64,000 nucleotides of DNA from Acidimicrobiales bacterium. Lineage in GTDB: Bacteria > Actinomycetota > Acidimicrobiia > Acidimicrobiales > QHCF01. The DNA lies in contig JAVKSQ010000007.1 in NCBI GenBank assembly GCA_039583615.1, positions 10,960 to 74,959 on the forward strand, written 5' to 3'. Position 1 is the first letter of the stretch; each line of letters starts with the position of its first letter. Of this stretch, positions 1 through 8,822 are shown piece by piece. A program made the translations under genes and the position numbers. Under the pieces are notes generated by a model, which made no database searches, had not been told where the DNA came from, and worked only from the letters and a program-made list of their open reading frames with translations.

Positions 1-618
1 GCCGAGCAGGGCGGAGCCGCCGCCCTCCTGGTGGTCACCCCCTACTACAACCGGCCCTCCCAGGCCGGGCTGACCGCCCACTTCACGGCGGTGGCCGGGG
101 CCACCTCGCTGCCCGTGCTGGTCTACGACATCCCGTCCCGCACCGCTTCGCGTATCGAGCCTGACACCGTGCTCGGCCTGGCCAGGGAGGTGGCCAACGT
201 GGTGGGGACGAAGGACGCCAGCGGCGACCTGGCCGGCGCCGCCCGCCTTATCGTCCAGGCTCCCCCCGGCTTCGACGTCTACAGCGGGAACGACGACTTG
301 ACCCTGCCCCTGCTGGCCCTGGGAGCGGTCGGGGTGGTCAGCGTGGCCGCCCACTGGGGCGCAGAGACGTTCGCCGGGATGATCCTCGATTGCGCCAAGG
401 GAGACATCGGGGCGGCCCGGGAGGCCAACACCCGCCTGCTCGAGTCCTACGCCTTCCAGAGCATGCCCGACGCCCCCAACCCGATGCCGACCAAGGCCAT
501 GTGCCGGGTCATGGGCCTGCCCGCCGGCCAGTGCCGGCCCCCGCTGGTCCCCGAGCCGGCTGACCTGGAGGACCGGGCCCGGGGTGTGCTGGGCCGCCTG
601 CGGGGCGCCGGTGGCTGA
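1..618 (+). CDS. dapA: 4-hydroxy-tetrahydrodipicolinate synthase (DapA), C-terminal part; 5' end lies outside the window
   Basis: Frame 1 is open from base 1. The translation ...LLVVTPYYNRPSQAGLTAHFTAVA..LPVLVYDIPSRT.. is the DapA core. Stop TGA at 616-618. Confidence 0.9.
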   Translation, partial: AEQGGAAALLVVTPYYNRPSQAGLTAHFTAVAGATSLPVLVYDIPSRTASRIEPDTVLGLAREVANVVGTKDASGDLAGAARLIVQAPPGFDVYSGNDDLTLPLLALGAVGVVSVAAHWGAETFAGMILDCAKGDIGAAREANTRLLESYAFQSMPDAPNPMPTKAMCRVMGLPAGQCRPPLVPEPADLEDRARGVLGRLRGAGG

Positions 619-2272
619 CCCGGTTCGGATCGTCTTCCTCGGCGGGCTGGGGGAGATCGGCCGCAACTGCGCCTGCGTCGAGGTGGGCGGGCGGATCGCC
701 ATCCTCGACTGCGGGATCATGTTCCCCGACGCCGAGATGCCCGGCGTGGACCTGGTGCTGCCCGACTTCACCTACCTGCGGGAGAACGCCCAGCGGGTGG
801 AGGCCTGCCTGGTCACCCACGGCCACGAGGACCACACCGGGGGGCTCGCTTTCCTGCTGCGGGAGATGTCGTTCCCCATCTACGGCTCCGAGCTGTCGCT
901 GGGGCTGGCCCGCAACCGCATAGACGAGGCCGGGCTGGCGCACCGCACCCAGCTGATACCGGTGGCGGACGGCGAGCGGCGCCGCATCGGTCCCTTCGAC
1001 GTCGAGTTCATCCCGGTGACCCACTCGGTACCCCATGGCTTCGCCACCGCCTTCCACACTCCCCAGGGCGTCATCCTCCACAGCGGCGACTTCAAGCTGG
1101 ACCCCACCCCGGTGGACGGGCGTCTCACTGACCTGGCCCGCATCGGGGCCATCTCCAACGGGCCGGGGGTCCGCCTGTTGCTGTCGGACTCGACCAATGC
1201 CGAGGAGCCGGGCTACACGGCCAGCGAGTCCTCCGTCGGCGAGGTGCTGCGCCGTCTGTTCGAGGCCAACGAGGGCAGGCGCATCATCGTCACCTGCTTC
1301 GCCAGCCACATCCACCGGGTCCAGCAGCTGGCCGACGTGGCCATCGCCACCGGCCGGCGGATCGCCACCCTGGGGCGGTCCATGGCCAACAACGTGGCCC
1401 TGTCCCGCCAGCTCGGCCTGCTGCACATTCCCGACTCCGCCCTGGTCGACATCGAGGAGGCGGCCGCCCTGGACCCGGCCCGGGTCTGCGTCATCTCCAC
1501 CGGGTCCCAGGGCGAGCCCATGTCGGCCCTGTCCCTCATGGCCGCGGGGGAGAACCGCCGGCTCAAGGTGGGCCCCGACGACGTGGTCATACTGAGCTCG
1601 CACGCCATCCCGGGAAACGAGTCGGCGGTGAGCAAGGTGATCGACGGGCTGTACCGCCGGGGGGCCGACGTGGTCCACAGCGGGCTGGCCGAGGTCCACG
1701 CCAGCGGCCACGCCAAGCAGGGTGAGCTGGCGACCATGCTGGCGGTGGCCCGGCCGGAGTACTTCGTGCCGGTGCACGGGGAGTTCCGCCACCTGGTCCA
1801 CCATGCCCGCCTGGCGGTGCGGATGAGGGTACCGGAGGACCACGTGCTGCTGTGCGAGGACGGGGACGTGGTCTCCCTCACCGACGGGGGCCTGGAGTTC
1901 GCCGGAGAGGTGCCCGCCGGGTACCTCTACGTGGACGGCATCGTGGGCGACGTGGGCCACGGGGTGCTCCGGGACCGCCGGGTGCTGGCCGAGGAGGGCG
2001 TCATCGTGGTGGTGCTCACCGTCGACTCGCGCACCGGCTACGTCCTGGCCGGCCCGGAGATCATCACCAAGGGATGGGTGCACGCCCCCGAGGCCGAGGC
2101 CCTGCTGGGCGACGCCCGGGCCGCCGTGCTGACCGGCGTGGAGAAGGCGACGGCCGACGGGGCAACCGACCATGACACCGTGCGCCGGGCGGCGCGCTCG
2201 GCCATGGGCGCCCTGGTGGCCGAGCGCACCCGCCGCCGCCCCATGATCGTCCCCCTGGTCATGGAGGCATAG
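611..2272 (+). CDS. rnj: Ribonuclease J (metallo-beta-lactamase / beta-CASP RNase)
   Basis: Has the HGHEDHTGG metallo-beta-lactamase motif and N-terminal VRIVFLGGLGEIGRNC. GTG 611 overlaps the dapA stop (GTGGCTGA). The ORF track opens at 584, so the start is uncertain by 9 codons. dapA-rnj-ftsK order matches Mycobacterium. Confidence 0.9.
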   Translation: MADPVRIVFLGGLGEIGRNCACVEVGGRIAILDCGIMFPDAEMPGVDLVLPDFTYLRENAQRVEACLVTHGHEDHTGGLAFLLREMSFPIYGSELSLGLARNRIDEAGLAHRTQLIPVADGERRRIGPFDVEFIPVTHSVPHGFATAFHTPQGVILHSGDFKLDPTPVDGRLTDLARIGAISNGPGVRLLLSDSTNAEEPGYTASESSVGEVLRRLFEANEGRRIIVTCFASHIHRVQQLADVAIATGRRIATLGRSMANNVALSRQLGLLHIPDSALVDIEEAAALDPARVCVISTGSQGEPMSALSLMAAGENRRLKVGPDDVVILSSHAIPGNESAVSKVIDGLYRRGADVVHSGLAEVHASGHAKQGELATMLAVARPEYFVPVHGEFRHLVHHARLAVRMRVPEDHVLLCEDGDVVSLTDGGLEFAGEVPAGYLYVDGIVGDVGHGVLRDRRVLAEEGVIVVVLTVDSRTGYVLAGPEIITKGWVHAPEAEALLGDARAAVLTGVEKATADGATDHDTVRRAARSAMGALVAERTRRRPMIVPLVMEA

Positions 2273-2440
2273 CCAGCGGCGCCCTCCGGGCCGGGGCCGA
2301 GCCCGGCCGAGGCTTTCCCGTTGTGGGGGGGCTGGCCGCGCCGACGGCTCACTTCCCGGTCCCAGTTGGCCCCCGGCGCCCCTTTCCGCCTCCCAGCCTG
2401 TGGCTGGTGTTAGCGTTGGGGCTATTGTGACATTGGCGAA

Positions 2441-5107
2441 ATGACCCATTCCTCCATCACCCGTCCCTTGCCCCGCTCCGGCGGGGCCGATGGGGCCGGC
2501 AGGGCCCGGCGAGGCGGTCGGCCGGGGACTCGGCCTGGCGCCCGGCGTGCCAAGGGTGCGGGGGCTGGCAAGGGGGGCGGCCGGCGCGGGCCGGCTCCTC
2601 CGAGCGGGCGAACCGCCCAGGCCCGGCGGCGGACGACCACCACCGCCGGCCTGGCGCGGACGACCGCTCACTGCCTGACAGCGGTGGCCGGCGGCCTGGT
2701 GGTGGTGGCCCGGCGCCTGGGCAGGGCCGGTGACGACCGCTGGGGGATGGCCCTGGTCATGGCCGGGGTGCTGGCCGGGCTGGGCATCTACGCCGACCTC
2801 CTGGGACCGGCTGGGCGGGCTCTCGAATCGGGCACCGCCACGGCTATCGGGTGGGCCCGGCTGCTGGTGCCGGTGGGCCTGCTGGCAGTGGGCGCCCGCG
2901 CCTTGGTGACCGGCCTGGCCAGGGAGCAACCCGGCGCCACTGGCCCGCTCCCGGGCCGGTCCTCGGCCGCGGGTGCCTATCCATCGGCGCCCACCCAGGC
3001 CCGGTCGCCGTCCGGGCCGGCGCCTGGCGTCGAACCACCGGCTGGGCCAGGCCAGCAGGCCGGCCCTCCCCTGGGCCGGTCCGTGCTGGCCCTGGGGGTC
3101 GTCCTGGTCGCCGCCGCCGGCCTGGCTGACCTGGTACGGGGCGGTCCCGGCGCCGGCGCCCCGCTGGAGCTGCTGCGGGCGGCGGGGGGAGAGCTGGGAA
3201 CGCTGGACGGGCACCTCCTGCGAGCGTCCCTCGGCCCGTGGGGGGCTGGCATCGTGGTGGTGACGGCGCTGGTCCTGGCCCTCCTGGCCCTGACCGGCCT
3301 GAGAGCGGGGCGGGCTGCGGCGGCGGTCGGGTCAGGCGTCTCCAAGGTGGTCGAACGGCTTGGGGCGGGACGCCGGGCGGTCGGGGCCACCGCCGAGGTC
3401 CCAGGTGGCGCGGGCGACGGCGATGGTCGCCCGGCGCCGGCCCTGTTCGACGGGGCAGCGTTCGACGACGACCCCGCCGGCCCGGGCCACCCGGTCGAGC
3501 CAGCCCGGTCAGCCCTGCACCCCGCCCCCGCCCCCGGTGGCCGGCGGTCCGCCGGCAGTCCTGCGGCGGGCTCTGGCACCGGCGACGCCCCCCAGCCGGG
3601 TCAGCGGGGCGAGCAACCTGGCGCCCCGGTGGGCCCCGAGGCCTGGGCCCTGCCCCCGCTGGAGCTGCTGTGCAGGAGCCGCTCCCAGGTGGTGGACCGG
3701 AGGGAGGTCGACCTGGCCGGCCAGGCCCTGGTGGACGCCCTGGCCACCCACGGGGTGGTCACCCGCCTGGTGGGCCAGACGGTGGGCCCCACCGTCACCC
3801 GCTACGAGCTGGAGCTGGGACCAGGCGTGAAGGTGGCCCGGGTGACCACCCTCTCCAAGGACATCGCCTACGCCATGGCCTCAGCTGACGTCCGCATCCT
3901 GGCGCCCATCCCGGGCCGGTCGGCCATCGGCATCGAGGTCCCCAACCGCCACCGCCAGCTGGTCACCCTGGCCGACATCCTGACCTCGGACGAGGCCCGC
4001 CTGGCCACCCATCCCCTCGAGGTGGCCCTGGGGCGTGACATCGCCGGGCGGGCGGTGCTGGTCAACCTGGCGGAGATGCCCCACATCCTCATCGCCGGGG
4101 CGACGGGGGCCGGAAAGTCCTCGTGCATCAATTCCCTGGTGACCTCGGTCCTCACCCGGGCCACGCCCGACCAGGTCCGCCTCATCCTGGTGGACCCCAA
4201 GCGGGTGGAGCTCGGCCAGTACAACGGGCTGCCCCACCTGCTCACGCCGGTGGTCGTCAGTCCCAAGCGGGCGGCCAACGCCCTGTCGTGGGCGGTGCAC
4301 GAGATGGAGCGGCGCTACGACCTGCTGGCCGAGGCCGGGGCGCGCGACATCACCGGCTACAACCTGGCCCTACTGGCCGGGGGCGCAGCCGCCCCTTGCG
4401 GCGTTCGGGCTGCCTCCTTGGGGCCTGCGGCCCCTGAGGCACCGGAGCCGCTGCCTTTCATCCTGGTGGTGGTGGACGAGCTCAACGACTTGATGATGGT
4501 GGCGGCGAGGGACGTGGAGGAGTCGATATGCCGGATCGCCCAGATGGCCCGGGCGGTCGGGATCCACCTGGTCATCGCCACCCAGCGCCCCTCGGTGGAC
4601 GTCATCACCGGCGTGATCAAGGCCAACATTCCCTCCCGGCTGGCCTTCTCGGTGTCCTCGCTGGCTGACAGCCGGGTCATCCTGGACCAGCCTGGAGCCG
4701 AGCGCCTGGTGGGCAAGGGCGACCTGTTGCTGGTGTCGGCGTCGTCGAACGTCCCCCGCCGGCTCCAGGGGCCCTGGGTCGGCGAGGCCGAGGTGCGCAA
4801 GGTGGTGGCCCACTGGGGCGCCCAGAGCGAGCCCCGCTACCTGGACGGAGTGGAAGGCGAGGGTCCAGCCAGCGAAGGGGGCCGGCTGGACGAGGGGGAC
4901 GACGAGGACCTGGTGAAGCAGGCCATGGAGCTGGTCGTCCGCTCGCAGCTAGGGTCGACGTCCATGCTCCAACGCAAGCTCCGGGTGGGGTTCGCCCGCG
5001 CCGGGCGCCTCATGGACCTCCTAGAGCGCCGAGGGGTGGTCGGGCCGTCGGAGGGCTCCAAGTCCCGGGCCGTGCTCATGACCGCCGAGGAGCTGGACCA
5101 GCTCTGA
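2441..5107 (+). CDS. ftsK: DNA translocase FtsK/SpoIIIE
   Basis: Arg-rich N-terminus plus TM segments, Walker A GATGAGKSS, Walker B LVVVDELNDLMM, and a C-terminal gamma winged-helix STSMLQRKLRVGFARAGRLMDLLE. Confidence 0.9.
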   Translation: MTHSSITRPLPRSGGADGAGRARRGGRPGTRPGARRAKGAGAGKGGGRRGPAPPSGRTAQARRRTTTTAGLARTTAHCLTAVAGGLVVVARRLGRAGDDRWGMALVMAGVLAGLGIYADLLGPAGRALESGTATAIGWARLLVPVGLLAVGARALVTGLAREQPGATGPLPGRSSAAGAYPSAPTQARSPSGPAPGVEPPAGPGQQAGPPLGRSVLALGVVLVAAAGLADLVRGGPGAGAPLELLRAAGGELGTLDGHLLRASLGPWGAGIVVVTALVLALLALTGLRAGRAAAAVGSGVSKVVERLGAGRRAVGATAEVPGGAGDGDGRPAPALFDGAAFDDDPAGPGHPVEPARSALHPAPAPGGRRSAGSPAAGSGTGDAPQPGQRGEQPGAPVGPEAWALPPLELLCRSRSQVVDRREVDLAGQALVDALATHGVVTRLVGQTVGPTVTRYELELGPGVKVARVTTLSKDIAYAMASADVRILAPIPGRSAIGIEVPNRHRQLVTLADILTSDEARLATHPLEVALGRDIAGRAVLVNLAEMPHILIAGATGAGKSSCINSLVTSVLTRATPDQVRLILVDPKRVELGQYNGLPHLLTPVVVSPKRAANALSWAVHEMERRYDLLAEAGARDITGYNLALLAGGAAAPCGVRAASLGPAAPEAPEPLPFILVVVDELNDLMMVAARDVEESICRIAQMARAVGIHLVIATQRPSVDVITGVIKANIPSRLAFSVSSLADSRVILDQPGAERLVGKGDLLLVSASSNVPRRLQGPWVGEAEVRKVVAHWGAQSEPRYLDGVEGEGPASEGGRLDEGDDEDLVKQAMELVVRSQLGSTSMLQRKLRVGFARAGRLMDLLERRGVVGPSEGSKSRAVLMTAEELDQL

Positions 5108-5154
5108 GCAAGCCCGCCCGGCGCCGGCCACTGCGGCTCCCGGCACCGCTGCCC

Positions 5155-6405
5155 ATGACGAGGAGGGAGCGTCGGCTGGCGGCGCGACGCGGATCGTCCG
5201 GGGCCGTGGCCCGGCGCGGCACGGTGACGGTGGTGACGCTGGTGGCGGTGGCGGTCGTCTTCGCCGGTGCCCAGCTCAGCCGGCACCCGCCCGCGCCGGT
5301 CCTTGGCGCCGTGGTCCCGGCCAGCCTGGCGGTGCCCGGGCCGCCCCCCAGCCTTCCCTGGCCTTCCCGGGGAGAGGCGGTGGTCGACGTGGGCGGAGTG
5401 GGGACCTTCGGCCCGACGGGAGGCGACCAGGCGGTGCCAGTGGCCAGCCTGGCCAAGATCATGACCGCCCTGGTGGTGCTGGCCGACCATCCCTTGCCGC
5501 CGGGCACCGAGGGGCCGGCTCTCGCCATCACGCCGGCCGACGTGGCCGCTTACCGGGCCGGGGCCGCCGCCGGCGACTCCGAGCTGGCCGTCACGGCCGG
5601 GGAGACCCTGACCGAGCACCAGGCCATCGAGGCCCTCCTGGTGCCCTCGGCCGACAACATGGCAGGGGTGCTGGCTCGATGGGACGCTGGCAGCGAGGCG
5701 ACATTCGCCGACAAGATGAACGCCAGGGCAGCTTCCATGGGCCTGGCCAAGACGCACTACGCCGATGCCAGTGGCTTGAGCCCGGCCACCGTCAGCACCG
5801 CCGGCGACCAGCTGCGGGTGGCCGAGGCGGCCATGGCCATACCGGTCCTGGCTCAGACGGTGGGGCTGGCCCAGGTGACCCTGCCGGTGGCCGGCACGGT
5901 GCGCAACTACGACCGCCTGGTGGGCCAGGACGGCATCGTGGGGATCAAGACCGGTTCCACGGCGGCGGCCGGCGGCTGCTTCGCCTTCGCCGCCAACCGA
6001 ACGGTCGCCGGCCATGCCCGAGCCATCGTGGGAGTGGTCCTCGGCCAGCGGGGAGGGTCGCTGATCGACGCCGCCCTGACCGCATCCCGCCACCTGCTGG
6101 ACGCCGCCGGTGCCAGTCTGGTGGCGGTGAGCGGGGCAGAGCCCGGGCAGCCAGTGGCCAGGGTGACGACGGCCTGGGGGGCTGGCGTCCCGGCCACCTC
6201 CTCGGGACAGGCCGCCCTGGTGGGCTGGCCCGGCCTCATCCTGCGGACCCGGGTGGTGGCCGGTCGCCTCCGCCCGGGCATGTCGGCCGGGGCAGTGGTC
6301 GGCCATGTCTCCTACCAGCTGGGCACCCAACGGGCCGAGGTGCCCCTGCGCCTCACCCGGGCCTTGCCTGGCCCCTCGCTGAGCTGGCGCCTCGGGCACC
6401 TGTAG
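5155..6405 (+). CDS. D-alanyl-D-alanine carboxypeptidase (serine peptidase S11, low-MW PBP)
   Basis: N-terminal membrane anchor. SxxK (ASLAKIM), SxN (PSADN) and KTG (IKTGST) motifs occur in the canonical order. Confidence 0.8.
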   Translation: MTRRERRLAARRGSSGAVARRGTVTVVTLVAVAVVFAGAQLSRHPPAPVLGAVVPASLAVPGPPPSLPWPSRGEAVVDVGGVGTFGPTGGDQAVPVASLAKIMTALVVLADHPLPPGTEGPALAITPADVAAYRAGAAAGDSELAVTAGETLTEHQAIEALLVPSADNMAGVLARWDAGSEATFADKMNARAASMGLAKTHYADASGLSPATVSTAGDQLRVAEAAMAIPVLAQTVGLAQVTLPVAGTVRNYDRLVGQDGIVGIKTGSTAAAGGCFAFAANRTVAGHARAIVGVVLGQRGGSLIDAALTASRHLLDAAGASLVAVSGAEPGQPVARVTTAWGAGVPATSSGQAALVGWPGLILRTRVVAGRLRPGMSAGAVVGHVSYQLGTQRAEVPLRLTRALPGPSLSWRLGHL

Positions 6406-6456
6406 CGCCGGGTAGGAACGGCGCGAGGGATCCTGTAGGGCCCGAAGCGACCGGCC

Positions 6457-8739
6457 CTAGACCAGCGAGCGGCGCAGCTCCCCGACCGCCTCCACCAGGT
6501 TGCGCAGGGCCGGCTCCACCTCCTCGTACGTGCGGGTCTTGAGACCGCAGTCGGGGTTGGCCCACAGCTGCTCGGGCGCCATGGAGTCGACCGCCAGGCG
6601 CAGCCGGCCCAGGATCTCGCCGGCCGAGGGCACCCGGGGGGAGTGGATGTCGTAGAGCCCCGGGCCGACCTCCCGCTCGAAGTGCTGGCCGCGCAGGTCG
6701 ACCATGAGCTCCATCCGGGAGCGGGCGGCCTCGAAGGAGGTGACGTCGGCGTCCAGCGCGTCGACGGCCTCCAGGATGTCGCCGAACTCCGAGTAGCACA
6801 TATGGGTGTGGATCTGGGTGGCGTCCCCCGCAGCCGAGGTGGCCAGGCGAAAGGCGGCCACCGCCCAGTCCAGGTAGGCCGCCCACTCCCGTCGCCGTAG
6901 GGGCAGGCCCTCCCGGATGGCCGCCTCGTCCACCTGGATGACCGGGAGGCCGGCTGCCTCCAGGTCGGCCACCTCGTCTCGTACGGCCAGCGCCAGCTGG
7001 CGGGCGGTGTCGGCCAGCGGCTGGTCGTCGCGCACGAAGGACCACCGCAACATGGTCACCGGCCCGGTCAGCATCCCCTTCATGGGCCGCTTCGTCAGGG
7101 ACTGGGCGAAGCTGGCCCACTCGACGGTCATCGGGCCCGGCCGGGAGACGTCGCCGTACAGGATGGGCGGGCGCACGTAGCGAGTGCCGTAGGACTGGAC
7201 CCAGCCGTGCTCGGCGAACGCGAAGCCTCTGAGCTGCTCGGCAAAGTAGCGGACCATGTCGTTGCGCTCGGGCTCGCCGTGCACGAGCACGTCCAGGCCG
7301 ATGTCCTCCTGGAGGCGGACCACGGCGCCGATCTCGGCCCTCATGCGGGCCCGGTAGTCGCTCTCGTCGATCGTTCCCCTGGCCAGGGCGGCCCTGGCCG
7401 AGCGCACCTCGGCGGTCTGGGGGAAGGAGCCGATGGTGGTCGTGGGTATCCTCGGCAGCCCGAGGCGGCGCTGCTGGGCGGCCCTGCGGACCGGGTAGGG
7501 GCTGGCCCGGCGCAGGTCGGCGTCGGTCACCGAGGCGAGGCGGCCCCGCACCGCCGGGTCCCGAGTGCGGGCGGAGCCCCGCCGGTCGTCCTGCACCTGC
7601 CGGCTGGCCGCCAGGGCCGGCCGGGTCCCGCCAGAGTCCAAGGCGTCCCGCAGGGCCACCACCTCGGCGACCTTCTCCTCGGCAAAGGCCAGCCAGGGAC
7701 GGACCTCGGGGTCGAGCCCGTCCTCCAGGCGCAGGCTCACCGGCACGTGCGCCAGGGAGCACGACGTGGACACCACCACCTGGCCGGCCAGCTCCCGGAG
7801 CGCTCCCAGCAGCCCGAGGGTTGCCTCCAGGTCGTTGGCCCACACGTTGCGCCCGTCCACCACCCCGGCGAGAAGGGTCTTGTCCCCCAGGCCGCCCAGC
7901 TGGACCAGCCCGTCCAGGTTCTCCGGGCCGGCGCAGAAGTCGAGCCCCAGCCCCTCTACCGGCAGGCCGGCCAGCACGGCCAGGGCGTCGCCGACATGGC
8001 CGAAATAGGTGGACACCGCCAGGCGGGGCCGGGCCTTCACCGCCCCCAGACGGGCGTAGGCCGACCGGAGGGCGGCCAGCTCCTCGGCCGTGCGGTCCGC
8101 CACCAGGACGGGCTCGTCCAGGCGCACCCAGTCCGCCCCCAGCCGGCCCAGCTCGGTCAGCACCTCGACGTAGACGTCGAGCAGGGGATCCACCAGGTCG
8201 AGGGTGCGGAAGCCCTCGGGGGCGCCGCCTTCGGTCTTGGCCAGCAGCAGGAAGGTAAGCGGCCCCAGCAGGGCGGGCACCGTCGCCACCCCCAGGGCGG
8301 CGGCCTCGGCCAGCTCGTCGAAGGGCTTGGGGGAGGACAGGGCGAAACGGGTCCCTTCGCCCAGCTCGGGCACGAGGTAGTGGTAGTTGGTGTCGAACCA
8401 CTTGGTCATCTCCAGGGCGGTGGCGTCGCCCCCCCCGCCACGGGCCATGGCGAAATAGGTCTCCAGGCCCACCAGGGCGTCCTGGTGCCCGAATCGCTCC
8501 GGCACGGCGCCCACCAGGACGGCGGCATCCAGCACGCGGTCGTAGAGGGAGAAGTCGTTCGAGGGCACCAGGTCGACCCCGGCGGACGCCATGAGCTCCC
8601 AGGCCTGGCGGCGCAGCTCGGCGCCGGCCGCGGCCAGCTCGGACCCCGGCAGCTCACCAGCCCAGTAGCCCTCGGTGGCCCGCTTGAGCTGGCGGCGGTC
8701 GCCGATGCGGGGAAAGCCGTGGACGCTCGCCGTCACCAT
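6457..8739 (-). CDS. metE: Cobalamin-independent methionine synthase
   Basis: 760 aa. Starts MVTASVHGFPRIGDRRQLKRATEGYWAG. The C-terminal half has TTTIGSFPQT and HTHMCYSEF (Zn-site) motifs. Confidence 0.95.
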   Translation of the reverse strand: MVTASVHGFPRIGDRRQLKRATEGYWAGELPGSELAAAGAELRRQAWELMASAGVDLVPSNDFSLYDRVLDAAVLVGAVPERFGHQDALVGLETYFAMARGGGGDATALEMTKWFDTNYHYLVPELGEGTRFALSSPKPFDELAEAAALGVATVPALLGPLTFLLLAKTEGGAPEGFRTLDLVDPLLDVYVEVLTELGRLGADWVRLDEPVLVADRTAEELAALRSAYARLGAVKARPRLAVSTYFGHVGDALAVLAGLPVEGLGLDFCAGPENLDGLVQLGGLGDKTLLAGVVDGRNVWANDLEATLGLLGALRELAGQVVVSTSCSLAHVPVSLRLEDGLDPEVRPWLAFAEEKVAEVVALRDALDSGGTRPALAASRQVQDDRRGSARTRDPAVRGRLASVTDADLRRASPYPVRRAAQQRRLGLPRIPTTTIGSFPQTAEVRSARAALARGTIDESDYRARMRAEIGAVVRLQEDIGLDVLVHGEPERNDMVRYFAEQLRGFAFAEHGWVQSYGTRYVRPPILYGDVSRPGPMTVEWASFAQSLTKRPMKGMLTGPVTMLRWSFVRDDQPLADTARQLALAVRDEVADLEAAGLPVIQVDEAAIREGLPLRRREWAAYLDWAVAAFRLATSAAGDATQIHTHMCYSEFGDILEAVDALDADVTSFEAARSRMELMVDLRGQHFEREVGPGLYDIHSPRVPSAGEILGRLRLAVDSMAPEQLWANPDCGLKTRTYEEVEPALRNLVEAVGELRRSLV

Positions 8740-8778
8740 TGCGGCCTCACCATCTCGGGGTCACCATCTCGTCACCAT
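8733..8778 (-). repeat. Four copies of ATGGTGA (minus strand) spaced 11/14/14 nt; the last copy is the metE start codon
   Basis: The plus strand has TCACCAT at 8733, 8747, 8761 and 8772. The minus strand reads catggtgacgagATGGTGAccccgagATGGTGAggccgcaATGGTGAcggcg. Confidence 0.9.
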
Positions 8779-8822
8779 GCCGCCGAGTCTGGCCCGGCCA
8801 AACCTGCCCGGCAACAAGGCCC

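Noticed and set aside
2289-2308. Hairpin GGCCGGG-gccgag-CCCGGCC after rnj as an intrinsic terminator
   Set aside because: It is a short 7-bp stem with a weak T-run (CTTTCCCGTT). It is plausible, but comparable GC palindromes are frequent in this DNA, so it is not listed as a feature.
509-3214. 901-aa minus-strand ORF antisense to rnj/ftsK. The same problem applies to other very long track ORFs: 6353-8401(-), 7207-9138(+), 9739-11769(-), 13284-15188(-), 22633-23466(+), 34964-36127(-), 40991-42730(-), 41584-43242(+), 46037-47323(+), 58431-60665(+), 58549-60156(-).
   Set aside because: Their translations are monotonous Arg/Pro/Gly/Ala-rich with no motifs. Each lies antisense to, or in an alternative frame of, a gene with clear family signatures. 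Such stop-free shadow frames are expected in very GC-rich DNA.
8740-8822. Cobalamin or SAM riboswitch upstream of metE
   Set aside because: Only 83 nt separate metE from the upstream ClC stop, which is too short for a cobalamin riboswitch. I see no B12-box or SAM-type conserved helices, only the ATGGTGA ladder.
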